Below are positions 36,995 through 48,915 of a stretch of DNA of 64,000 nucleotides, in pieces (within the stretch, counting starts at the first letter, position 1; each line of letters starts with the position of its first letter). The stretch comes from Squalus acanthias (lineage: Eukaryota): assembly GCA_030390025.1 (NCBI GenBank), contig CM059432.1, positions 10,292,001 through 10,356,000 on the forward strand, given 5' to 3'. The translations under genes and the position numbers were made by a program. Below the pieces are notes generated by a model. It saw only the letters and a program-made list of their open reading frames with translations, made no database searches and was not told the DNA's origin.

Positions 36995-39900
36995 TAAGTT
37001 TAATCAAATACCACTTACAAAGAGTATCGTAGAGTCAAAAACCTACTCCGGAGAAATCCTAGAGACATGTGGACAAATGGAATGTACAGTTCAACGCAAT
37101 GGCCAGTCAGTAAAGCTGCCTATTATTGTAGCGAGCTACAACAACAGGCCAACCCTCATGGGCAAAGACTGGCTGAGAAAGTTAAAACTAGACTGGAAAA
37201 GCATCTTCAGTGTAGATGCTTCAAAGAAGCAACTCGAAGCAATGCTGAACAAGTATAAAAGCATGAGGGCATCACCGGGCAATTCACGCATATCCGCATC
37301 AAGTCCAATGCGAAGCCTGTAAGGCAGGTGGAGGAAGAGCTAGCGAAACTCAGAGAGAACGGAGTGCTAGTAAAAAGTGACAAAAGTGAATGGGCTACCC
37401 TGATTGTGGTAGTGCCCAAAGCAGACAAAACTGTACGCTTGTGCGGTGACTACAAAGTTACTATCAACCAAGCAGTTGACGATGAGCAGTATCCGTTACC
37501 TACATCGCAAGATTTGTATGCAGCACTCTCTGGGTCAAAGGTTTTCTCCAAGCTTGACCTGTCACACGCTTACACTCAGCTGAATGTTGGCAAAGAAAAT
37601 CAACAGTATCTCACTATCAACACACACAAGGGACTGTACTCATATACCAAGCTGCCATATGGTGTAAAGTCCTGTCTCAAAATCTTCCAGGCTACGATGG
37701 ATAAGATTTTGCAAGGAGTTCCAAATTGCTTATGCAATCAAGACAATGTGCTGATTGCAACAAGCAGCGAGGAAGAAAATCTAGAAGTGTTAGATTTAGT
37801 GCTTCAAAGGTTGAATGCCCACAAGGTCAAATTGAAAAGGAGCAAATGTGCTTTTGTGCAGCCCGAGGTTGTGTACCTTGGTCTGAAAGTTGATGCAAAT
37901 GGCTTGCAACTGGTGAAGGAAAAGGTTGATGCTGTCATCACTGCTCCAAAGCCACAGAACGTGTCTGAGTTAAGACCTTTCCTTGGAATGGTCCAGTACT
38001 ACACACGTTTCTTACCTGAGTTAGCGACCGTGTTAGCTCCATCGCACAAGCTCCTCAAGAAGGATATCCAGTGGAAGTGGACGAAAGCGCAACAGGAAGC
38101 TTACGACGCTTGTAAGAGAAGTCTCTCTAGTGTAAGGGGTTTCGGTCCGTAGGTGCTTGTGCGGGGTTAGGCCTTCGTTGCCTAATACTATTGCTTGCTC
38201 TGGTCTCCGGCCAGCCTTGTTGCAATAAGCACCTGTGAGTGGTTCGACCCACTCGCCCTTACTGTTCTAACACTGGACTTAGGTGCGAGAGCAGTAATTC
38301 AGAGAAAAACTCAAATAGATCCGGTTGAATAGTACGAAATGGAAATCTTTATTGCATAACGTCCAAAATCATGAAGTACATGTCATAGGCACAAATTAAT
38401 GACTGTACAAGTATACATACATTCATAAAACTTGGTCTAGGGTAATGAGGAACGCACGGCACATCGTAAAAAGGGGAACACATTATATTTATCCTTAATA
38501 AAAAACCCCCTCCCTATTAATACCTACACTAATCTAGATTTGTAGGATCGGGAAACGTGCTCACCACTCGTGATACTTCGGAGAATTTTAAACTGAGGCA
38601 CTCGGCTCATTTCGCTGCAGCGCCTGACTGTCACGTGTTTGAAGGGGTCTCTGTACCCCACTTGTTTATCTTCGCTGCTCCGGCAAGCAGGCTGGGCTCC
38701 CCGTTGTCATGAAGAACTCGACAGTGCTCGGCCACGGTTGTAGAAGTCCAGAGAGACAATCAAAAGCTCACCAGTCAAGCGAGTCCATGAAGCGGCAAGC
38801 GAATAAGAGTTCAGCAGTCATCAGCCAGATAAGAGAATAATAAGCAAGAGTTCAGCCCGAGTCAAGAGTCGAATCAAGAGAATAAGCCTTTGATGGACAT
38901 TTGTTCACTATAGTTATAGTGCTGTGTTCCCTTATCTCCCGCTCAAATCTTGATATTTGTCCTTTGTGTAATACTGGTGCACAAAACTCCCAGCATGGGG
39001 CGATTCTTTCCTTTAATGGGTTTCGGTAGCACCTTAAACTGGCCAACTACCCGTTAATGTTTTCCCCATTGTCGAACCGGCTAGGAGTCTCCCTGACTGG
39101 TTTTGGGGCCTCCTCGAATACTGACTTAATCAACCGTGAATGGCTCTCTCATTGTAGAGCCGTGGGGGTAGTTGTGGATTGATGTATCTGGATGGGCCTT
39201 CGATTGCCCAGTACAATGGTCCTTACTTGTGCATGGAAAACGATTCCAGCACTTATCTCTTGCTATTGTGTCGAATGCAGACAGGTTGCATCCTGTCTTT
39301 ATCAGTGTTTGCTGCGTATTAACCAATCTTATACTGAAATGTTTATTCGAACGCCATCTTCTCTGCCCACTGAAAATTCTGGAAGCTTCTGCCACGAGGC
39401 TCGGCGGCCATTTTACAGGCTTCTGTGTCCTGTTTAATCATGACAGCATTTCGTTGAAATAAAACTGATGAAACGAATCTGCTTTATCTCGTTATTTCGA
39501 ATCGCGATAATTGCGAATTTTACACTAGCGATGCTCTGCTTGTGCACTACGACACAGAGTGTGAGCTTAAGTTAGAGTGTGATGCTTCTAGCTATGGTGT
39601 GGGAGCTGTCATAAGCCATGTAATGGATGACGACCAAGAAAAACCAATCGCGTTTGCATCGCGATCACTCACAAAGAACGAAAGAAACTACGCGCAAATT
39701 GAAAAGGAAGCACTCGCCACAGTGTTTGGAATCAAGAAATTCCAACAGTCCCTGATCAACAGAAAGTTTACCCTGATAACCGATCACAAACCGCTCCTAG
39801 AAATATTGGGGCCCTAATCTGCCATCCCTGCAATGGCCGCATCAAGAATGCAATGTTGGGCAGTGTTGTTGTCACAATATGACTACACGATTGAATATCG

Positions 39901-40536
39901 CACTTCAAAGCAAAACGCAATCGCAGATGCCTTGTCCAGGTTGCCACATGAGGACTCGTGTGTTGGGAGTGCAGGTGAGATTTTCACTCTAGGTGCAGTT
40001 GACAAAGACTTTCCTGTGAATGCAACTGAGATTGCAGATGAGACTCAAAAGGACTCAGTACTGAAAAGAGTGCATGAAAACACCTTGAATGGATGGACTG
40101 ATCAGTGTCTGGACACAGAGTTGAAACCATTCCATAACCGTCGTACTGAATTGTCTTGTGAGCAAGGTTACATCAAGTGGGGAAACAGAGTGATGGTATC
40201 TACTTCTTTAAGTTCGGAACCAAAACAAAACAGCCTGAAAACTGGTTCAACACCAAAACCTTCTGTAAGGAGATCAGGAAAAGCTCTGCAAACCTGTTAT
40301 TAAGCTGGATTTGTAGTTCATTTAAAAAAAAACAGGAGTTTTTTGTTACGTAATGCTGGGACCATCGTTTTGTTGTATTTGAGGGGGGAATACATACATT
40401 TTTTTTAAGGGGGAAGCAGTGTAATGTATTCTCACATGGTTTGTCACATGGTTTGGTATGAGCATGCTCAGTTCGCTCTGGCCTAGCAAAGCACGCACAT
40501 GAACTAGCAACTCGTGTCTCTGTCACATACATTACA
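36995..40536 (+). mobile_element. Gypsy LTR retrotransposon copy 1 (5'-truncated; RT-RNaseH, no integrase, PPT, 3' LTR 40420-40536)
   Basis: VRLCGDYKVTIN...FSKLDLSHAY...; CDASSYGVGAV...NYAQIEKEALA...TDHKPL; polypurine tract aagggggaagcag before the TG...CA LTR. Confidence 0.9.
38131..39524 (-). mobile_element. Solo LTR (~1.4 kb)
   Basis: tgtaa...ttaca termini; perfect 4-bp TSD ctag; splits the Gypsy pol; AATAAA on minus at ~38348. Confidence 0.8.
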
Positions 40537-40887
40537 AGAATAAACCGATAAAACAACAGGAACATTATTTTAAAATTCAATTTCAACCATAACAGAAAGT
40601 GCAATGCCGAGTAGGTCTCAGAAATAAAATAACAGCACAGTATTGTGTTTTTTCATTAAGCTGCGTATAAAGTTCAAGGAAGAATTAGGAAACGAATGCA
40701 TATTTAATTGGACGCAGAAAGGAATATTAAGAGTAACTTGTGTAAGGAGGTTTAACTAGCTTGGTTGAAGTACTTGTTTCTGCCAGCAGCTATCTCAACT
40801 ACTTCAGAGCAATCTAATTATTTTAAAATGGGGGCGGAAGCTAACTTAGAACTGGAAGGAAATGAGGAAAATAATTACAACCTTAAG

Positions 40888-41326
40888 TGCCAGCTGTGGC
40901 TCAGTGGGCAGCACCCTCGCCTCTGAGTCAGAAGGTTGTGGGTTCAAGTCCCACTCCAGGGACTTGAGCACATAAAGCTAGGCTGATACTGCACTGCAGT
41001 ACTGAGGGAGTGCTGCACTGTCAGAGGTGTCGTCTTTCGGATGAGACGTTAAACCGAGGCCCCCGTCTGCTCTCTCAGGTGGACGTAAAAGATCCCACGG
41101 CCACTATTATTCGAAGAGCAGGGGAGTTATCCCCGGTATCCTGGCCAATATTTATCCCCCAATCAAGATCACTAAAACAGATTATCTGGTCATTATCACA
41201 TTGCTGTTTGTGGGAGCTTGCTGTGCACAAATTGACTGCACTTCAAAAATACTTCATTGGCTGTAAAGCGCTTTGAGACGTTCTGAGATCGTGAAAGGCG
41301 CTATAGAAATGCAAGTCTTTCTTTCA
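40888..41326 (+). mobile_element. Deu-domain SINE
   Basis: tRNA-like head, Deu core, aaatgcaagtctttctttc tail. Confidence 0.85.
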
Positions 41327-41734
41327 AAGTGTATTTGATGAAACTCAGTAGTTCTGGGGCATTGGTCTCAAAATCGGAGCATTGTGTGTTCTTTCAGTTG
41401 GTCCCAGCAGCTGAGTGCTCCATCTCAAGGCAAGTGGAAATTAACAGCACCATTTCACGCCAAGGGTGCCTTCTCTCGGACAATTACCAAGTGCCATTGA
41501 TGGCAGTCAGTCCGTGGCCCAAAGCCATGGCACCTAGCTCTAAGAGCAAGCATGGCACTGGTAGGTAAGTGGGGGGGAGAAAATACAAATTTAAGTTGTT
41601 TGGGAGTTTTCTTAATTAACTAATAGTCAATGGCATTGGCTGATTGGATTCACTCTGCTGGCCGTTTCCTTTGCTCATCTTTTTTTTATTCACAGTTTAT
41701 ACAGGAAAAAGGGCCCTCCTCAGTTTTTACACAG

Positions 41735-42900
41735 AATTACATAGAATGTACAGCACAGAAACAGGCCATTCGGCCCAACTGATGCATGCCGGTGTTTATG
41801 CCCCACACAAGCCTCCTCCCACCCTTCTTCATCTCACCCTATCAGCATAACCCTCTATTCCTTTCTCCCTCATGTCATTATCTAGCTTCCCCTTAAATGC
41901 ATCTATACTTTTCGCCTTAACTACGGTAGTGAGATCCTGATAGGTATTACCTCCCAGTTCTGGTATAATCCTTGTACAGGAAACTTTCGTTTATCCGGCA
42001 TCGACGGGACCGGCGTGGTGCCGGTTTATCGAAAGTACCGGAAAACGGAGAGTTATATCTACCGAGGCTATTTTTAACAGAGACTCCAGGCAGCGCGGGA
42101 GAATCAAATCCTGCTACTGCAGTGTTTCGGACTTCAGACAGCGCCAGGTGGCCGAGTAGTGGCACTTTTGAAAAGTACCCCTACTGACTAAATCGGCGTT
42201 CGCGGACTCGGACTCGGACTCGGGATCGGCAACATTGCCGGTTATTTGAGAGTAGTTTTCGGAGGATGATTTTTGCCGGTTAAGCGAGAATTCCAGATAT
42301 TTGGGTGCCGGATAAACGAAAGTTTCCTGTACATCTTTTTTGCGCCTTCTCCAGTGTCTTTTATAATATGGAGACCAGAACTGTGCACAGCACTTCGCAG
42401 GCACGGGAGAAGGTGCAAAAAAGATTCACAAGGATGATACCACAACTGAGAGGGTATAACTAGCAGGAAAGACTGAACAGGCTGGGGCTCTTTTCACTAG
42501 AAAAGAGAAGGCTGAGGGCTGACCTGATAGAGGTCTTTAAAATTATGAAAGGGTTTGATAGGGTAGCCGTAGAGAAGATGTTTCCACCTGTGGGGGAGTC
42601 CAAAACTAGGGGCCATAAATATAAGGTAATATAAGCCACTAATAAATCCACTAGGGAATTCAAGAGAAATGTCTTTACCCAGAGAGGGTTAGAATGTGGA
42701 GCTCGCTACCACAGGGAGTGGTTGAGGCAAAAAGCATTTAAGGGGAAGCTAGGAAAACACATGAGGGAGAAAGGAATAGAAAGATATGTTGATGGGGTGA
42801 AATGAAGGAGGGTGGGAGGAGGATCATGTGGAGCATAAACACCGGCACGGACCAGTTGGGCCGAACGGCCTGTTTCTGTGCAGTAAGTTCTATGTAAAAG
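41735..42900. mobile_element. CR1 3' fragments (- strand 41735-42395; + strand 42400-42900)
   Basis: AQFWSPYYK on -; gagaaggtgcaaaaaagattcacaaggatg...gggccgaacggcctgtttctg on +. Confidence 0.75.
41977..42329. mobile_element. Tc1/mariner-superfamily (Tigger/pogo-like) MITE
   Basis: Perfect 24-bp TIRs caggaaactttcgtttatccggca; TA target duplication. Confidence 0.9.
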
Positions 42901-44039
42901 ATCGACATTGGCCACAACAGGGACATACCTGCCTGCCCAGTTTGTAGAAACTGCTTAATTCCAATACCAGACAATATGTTTGCCCTATAGGGTCCCATAC
43001 TTCATTTGACATCTGCACTATTAGCTTCGACTTTGGCCTTTGAACATCCATTTTCTACTGATTGCACAAAATTATCCCATCAGGCATAAGGCAAAAGTTT
43101 GAATGATTATCAAACCTCCAGCAAGAATTTCAGGAAGCCATTAACTGTAATAGCAAAGTAAACAGAGGGTCTGAAGGAAAAAAAATGTTTTCCTTCTCTT
43201 GAAAAAAATGATGCTGGAAGTTGCTGAGGAATTTAAGTCAGAACCTTGTTTTATATTTCAGAAACAAAAATAACAGAATTACCTTGAATCTCCTTTCACT
43301 GAACTGTTACACGTGTAATGACAGGACCAATGGGTTCTGCTATGACAAATTATCTTCTTACTCTGTCATTATCCTTCATTCACCTTTGTGCTCTGAATGC
43401 ACGGACGCTTTAAATGAGATGTTACGAGACAAAGACATTTAGGAACTAAAACATATTGGCCCGGATATTCCGATCCCTACGGGTGGGTACGCGCAGTGTA
43501 CACACCCGTAGGGACATCGGAAATGCCGATTTCAGGCATGCACTGCGCATGCGCTGAAAACCGGCATTTACGATCCGTCAAGAATGGTCTTGACAGATCG
43601 GACGCCTGCCCTGGAGAAGGGCCTCTGCGGGCGGACAGTTCCGCTTTCTGGAGTCCCTCCGCCCGCAGAAAACCTTTAGGGGGAGAAATTCAGTATCGCC
43701 CCGTTTGGGACGCGATTATCGGCCGGGCGCAAAGATTAGCGCCTGCCGCTAATTATCGCCTCCGACTGCAAACTTGGCTTTTATCGCCCCTGGAGGTGAT
43801 TGGAGCGCTAAATCAGGCGCTACACACCTCTCTTAAGGCGCAAAGGCCGAGGAGCGAGGCGCGAACTCAGAGCATGGGGGCAGCGCAGGTGATGTCAGTT
43901 AGCGATGGAACACAGACACACTGGCGCCGGACAGTTCTTAAAGGGGAGGGTCGATCCTGCTCTCCAGTCACACCTTGCTCATTGGAGCCTTGAATCTCGG
44001 CCTGGAGAGACCTGTGACTACATTTTCCAGCCAAGGACT

Positions 44040-45929
44040 ATGGAGAGGGTGAGAGAACGAGCTCAGCGCTTCAGTGAGCGGGCCTTGGAGGCTCTGGTTG
44101 GCGCGGTGGAGCGCAGAAGATCTATACTCTGCCCTGAGAGTGGCAGGAGGCCATTGCCGCGCGACTACAGAAGCGTGTGGAGGGAGGTGGCTCAGAGCGT
44201 CTCCTCCAGGAGCATGGTGCCCAGGACCCATACTCAATGTCGCAAAAAGTTCAACGACCTCACTCGGGTCGTTAGGGTGAGTGGATTTTTTTCAATACCT
44301 CTCCATCCCTCCATCTCAACCTCACTCTATGGCCAGAGGGTCTTAAAACCCCAATGCCCAACACTCATCCAACACCTATGGCCCTCTCATGAAACACACA
44401 CGCACATTCCACACTTTGCATACATTAAGGGCTATTCAATTATGGGAGGCACATCAGGCAAGACCATGGCTGCATACATTAAGGGCTATTCAATTATGGG
44501 AGGCACATCAGGCAAGACCATGGCTGCATACATTAAGGGCTATTCAATTATGGGAGGCACATCAGGCAAGACCATGGCTGCATACATTAAGGGCTATTCA
44601 ATTATGGGAGGCACATCAGGCAAGACCATGGCTGTATATTTACTCAGACGCCGTCCTTTTTCTTGCAGGCCAAGCTATCTCATAATAGGAGACAGCAGCA
44701 ACAGACGGGTGGAGGGCAGCCTCAGCTGCAACGCTTCAGCGATTTTGAGGCGCGCGTCCACAGGATTGTGGCAAGCCAGGTGATCGGTCCCGTCGCCCCT
44801 GGAGAGGCCGACCCTGTTCGGGACAGCAATGGTAAGTTCATCACCTTTTTCTCCTCTCTCATTCCACTTGTCCCTCACAACACCAGCCTTTCACACTTTC
44901 AATCCAACTTACTAAATCGCTGCACTCCTTCCTCCCTTACTGCCCCCCTGTCCTCACGCTAAAGCCACTCTTGTACCTCCCTGCTTTCAGATGGTGATTC
45001 ACCAGCTGAGGAGACGGGCCCTCAAGCTGCCAGTGGGAGCAGAGCCACCCTCTCCCGAGGAAGCCCATGCCCACATTGGGAACACATCTTCCCTGGAGGG
45101 GAGCAGGGGGGAAGGGTCTGATGAGGGTGAAGCTCCGGGACCCAGCGGGCTGCAGCAATGCGATGGGAGTAGGGAAGCTCGGGGGCCTTCTCCCCGGAGG
45201 GAGAGTAGGCCAGCGAGACCTGCTGCACTGGATGCAGAGGAGGAGCGGCTCATCGCTGAAATGAACACCCAGGCGGTGGACATGCACACTCAGCTCATGG
45301 GTGCAGTGGGAAGGGTGCCCGAAACCATTGATGCACTGGCAAAGAGTGTGGAGCACTACGCTGCAGCACAGGCGGATGCCACGCTAAAGCTTAGTGCTGC
45401 AATTCAGTCACTGGCTGCCGTGATCCTATCTCAGACTGCTCTCATGCAGACTCAGATTGAGGCCACGCATGCACTGATTGCTGCCATTGTCACTGGTTCG
45501 GACACATTTCCCCGGGGTTCTCATGGCGCCGCAGCAGGCCAGCAATCTGTGCTCCAGCAGATTGCTCCGGATGCTAATGTGCTGCCCCGTGGGAGTGCCA
45601 GTGTGTCGGTCGAGCAGGGAGGTGCTGTCCTCTCTCAAGATGACAGCATTCCTGCTGCCACCACTGTCACTTCCCCATTGCACTTGCCACCGCCTGTAGG
45701 CCAGACTGCTGCCGCCCATGCAGAGTTGGTGCAGTCTGCAGCCGGGCCCTCCAGGCCCAGAGCTGGTCGAGGCCGTCCTTCAAGCGCATCTGCAGTCTCA
45801 GGTTCTGACAATCAGCAGCCTTCCACCAGCCTTGCTGCAGCCACTGGGGCCCCATTACGGAGGAGCAGTGGGGTGGGAAGGGGGGAAGTGCGCAAGGGAA
45901 GGAGATCACCCTCGAAGGGAAAAAAGTAG
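44040..45929 (+). pseudogene. Harbinger Myb/SANT-like protein (exons 44040-44276, 44669-44831, 44991-45929)
   Basis: MERVRERAQRFSERALEALV...WREVAQSV...QCRKKFNDL; canonical GT-AG; apparent frameshift early in exon 3. Confidence 0.85.
44418..44634. repeat. 54-bp minisatellite, 4 copies
   Basis: gcatacattaagggctattcaattatgggaggcacatcaggcaagaccatggct repeated at 54-bp spacing. Confidence 0.95.
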
Positions 45930-46019
45930 GAGGTGTGACGAAATGTTGGTCAATTTTTTATTGAAGGCTGAGGTTCGTGTTCAAACTTTTGTTTAGTATT
46001 TTGGACATTATCTCCAGGT

Positions 46020-47558
46020 TGTGAGAACCAGTTATGTGTAGGGGGTGGTGGTTTGTGTCAGCTTCACCTCTGACTTCTGAGCGGTTCGAATCGCTCCCAC
46101 TCTCTTGGTTCTAGACCTTGGACTTATTTGGGGGTTGTGACAAAAGTGCAACAGACAACTGGTTTTGATGCAAGAACTTTTGAACTTTATTCAAGAGAGA
46201 AAAACATAACACAACAATCTTAACACTCTAATAAAATGGGGAACACTTCGGTACAAACGAGGGAAATTACATTAGAAGAATACCTCACCCCTCCCAATCC
46301 CACTTTACTAGCTAAGTTGGACTCTAGAGGACCAGGGATAATGCTCACCAAAATGAATCCTTGACAGTTGAGCTGGTTCACGGTTTTGGGGTTCGCTGTA
46401 TATGTTTGTTAGTGTCTGCCGTACCCCGGACGCGGTAGAGGACTTCAACTGCGTATCTGGTCAGTCTTTGCGAGTCCGCTGATGCAGTAGGGTGCGTATT
46501 GGATCTATCAGGTGAGTACCCACTTTTCTTTGGTTAGAGGTAGGGTTTAGAGTCTTTTGAGTAAAATTCTTACCCAGGGGTAAGTCAGGAATAGATTGTA
46601 GAGTGGAAACTTTGCGGATCTTCGGTTTTCCTCCGAGTTGGTTTTCTTTGGTCGCGGTGCCACAATATTATTCAGTTGGTTGGTGGTAATATTCAGTTGG
46701 TTGTTTCGTAAGGCCCTTGTTGCCGCGAGGTGTCCGATGGTCACTGAGGCGGTTGCTCTGGTTTCTTCCTGCGTGTCGGCCTGCTTCTGGAGCTGCTGGC
46801 CTTCTTTGTTGAACGGTTTTGTTGCACCCGTTTCTGTTGAACTGTGTACGGTTGTACTGGAGAACTCCTTAACTTCTTGCTGATTGTCTGTGTGACTCCT
46901 GTGCTCCTGCTGTCCTGCTTGTTGCTTGAACTGAACTTGAGAAAAGCAGGCCTTCAATTATACTAATTGAAGCTTCCTTATCTGCGCGCCAAATCAGTCC
47001 CGGTTTATTGTAAGATTTTGGCGGGCTCGTCAACAGTAACTTGTTTGTAAATGTGTGAAGTGGTTTTGGGATGGTTCCATCCTGTCGATCTTCTTGCTTG
47101 ATTGTAGACAATTGTGCTCAGGTTTCAAGTTTCCTGACTGGGCCTGAGATTTCTATAGAGTGGGTCTAAGTGATCTGTTTTATGCATGATTTTGATGGGT
47201 CCTGTAATTTGGGTGGGGACTGCTCTTCCTCGGGTCTATTGTTAGGATGTTAATGTCTGATAGGGGCCGATTAACTCCAAGTGAGGTCATGCGGTTCCCC
47301 AGACAGTTTGATTAACTCCAATATCCAAACTGTCTTTTACAGAGGTTGACCCCAACTCCTGTTGCAGCCTTTTCTCCCTTACAAGTCCAGACATGTCTTT
47401 TAAAATACCAAATCTTGGGGTTTTTTTGCTCCAAATGTCCTTCGGTTAGGCCCAATCACCCTGAAGTAGTTAGAAAAGAGTCCAAAGTCCTTCTCCTTAG
47501 GGTATTGTCTTCGAGTTTTGGGGGATCTGTGAGATCTGTGAATTTTGAGAATCTTACA
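46020..47558 (-). mobile_element. Probable solo LTR (~1.5 kb) inside element C
   Basis: tgtgaga...tcttaca termini; flanks aggt/atgt; AATAAA on minus at ~46186. Confidence 0.65.
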
Positions 47559-47765
47559 ATGTTAATGAATGATTTTTTGTGTTTGTTTCTATTAGTTTGT
47601 CATGAAGAAATGACACACACAGAGTTTGTAAAATAAAAAAGTTTTTGTATTCAAAATGTACAGGTTTGGCCTTTGGAATCATTGCTGCCTTGGCCGACTT
47701 AGGGGTTGTGGGTTGGTTTCATTCCTGTTGTTCTCCATGCCAGAAGCCATTTCCTCAGTAGGGGC

Positions 47766-48915
47766 CTAGAAACGGCTTGTTATCAGCCGTTGACGGACGG
47801 CTCTTGCAGTTTCAACATTGTGGGCCTCCCTCCCGCCTTGGTGCTGCTGCTGATCATCCTCCTCCTCTTCCTCCTCCTCTTCCTCCTCCTCCTCCGGTGG
47901 TGCTCCAAGGCCTGGTGGCATTGGCTGGGTCCTGAGGATTGCCAGGTTATGCAGCATGCAGCACACAACTATGAAGAGGGAGACTCGCTCAGGTGAGTAC
48001 TGCAGGGCTCCTCCTGAGTGGAACTGTTGCTTGAGCACGCCGATCGTCTGCTCAACGATGTTCCTGGTGGCGAGATGGCTCTCGTTGTACCGCAGCTCAG
48101 CAGGGGTGTTGGGGTTACGGAGTGGTGTCATCAGCCAGGTGCACAGTGGATAACCCTTGTCCCCGAAGAGCCAACCACTTGGCTGATGCAGTGCCTGGAA
48201 AAGTTCTGGCACAGCAGTCTGGTGCAGGATGAAAGCATCGTGGCTGCTGCCAGGATAGCGGGCATTGACAGCGAGTATCATCTGTCTGTGGTCACAGACC
48301 AACTGGACGTTTAAGGAGTGGAACCCCTTGCGGTTTCGGAAAACCTCTGCATTCTCATGCGGTGCCCACAATGTCACATGCGTGCAGTCAATGGCGCCCT
48401 GCACCATGGGGAAGCCCGCTATCCTCGCAAAGCCCAATGCGCATTCATGCTGTTTGGCCTGGGTCATCAGGAAAGAGATGTACTGGCGTCTCCTTTTATA
48501 GAGGGCATTTGTGACCTGATGGATACAGCAATGGACCACGAACTATGAGATATTGGCAATGTCCCCAGTAGCTGCTTGAAAGGAGCCGGTGGCATAAACG
48601 TTCAGAGCCACTGTGATCTTCACTGCCACCGACAGAGACGTCCTGGTCCTCAGTAGAGGCTGTAGATCTGGCTACAGCAGGTGGCAGAGCTCAGTGACCA
48701 CCTCCTTGCTGAAGCGCAGCCTGCGCAAACACTGCTCCTCAGATAAATTAATGTAGGATAATTGTTGCCGAAATACCCTGGGAGGGTAAGGTCTCCTGTG
48801 CAGAGGCCTATTGGCCCTCCTCTGTCTGGCCATGATTACCGCTCTCTCTCTGCGTCTCTGTTGCCTCCGATTTTGCAGGTGCAGGATGACGCCCCGAATC
48901 AGTGCAGCCCCCAAA
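47766..48915 (-). pseudogene. Harbinger (HARBI1-like) DDE transposase, disrupted
   Basis: GFPMVQGAIDCTHV...RKGFHSLNVQLVCD...[10 protein letters not shown]...GDKGYP...TRNIVEQTIGVLK...CCMLHN; in-frame stops in the N-terminal half. Confidence 0.92.

Noticed and set aside
44418..44634. CRISPR-like array
   Set aside because: Units are head-to-tail with no spacers; eukaryotic context; no cas genes.
43905..44783. 292-aa ORF with 18-aa repeats as a novel repeat protein
   Set aside because: It is Myb exon 1 read through an intron containing the 54-bp minisatellite; the splice sites match elements A and B.
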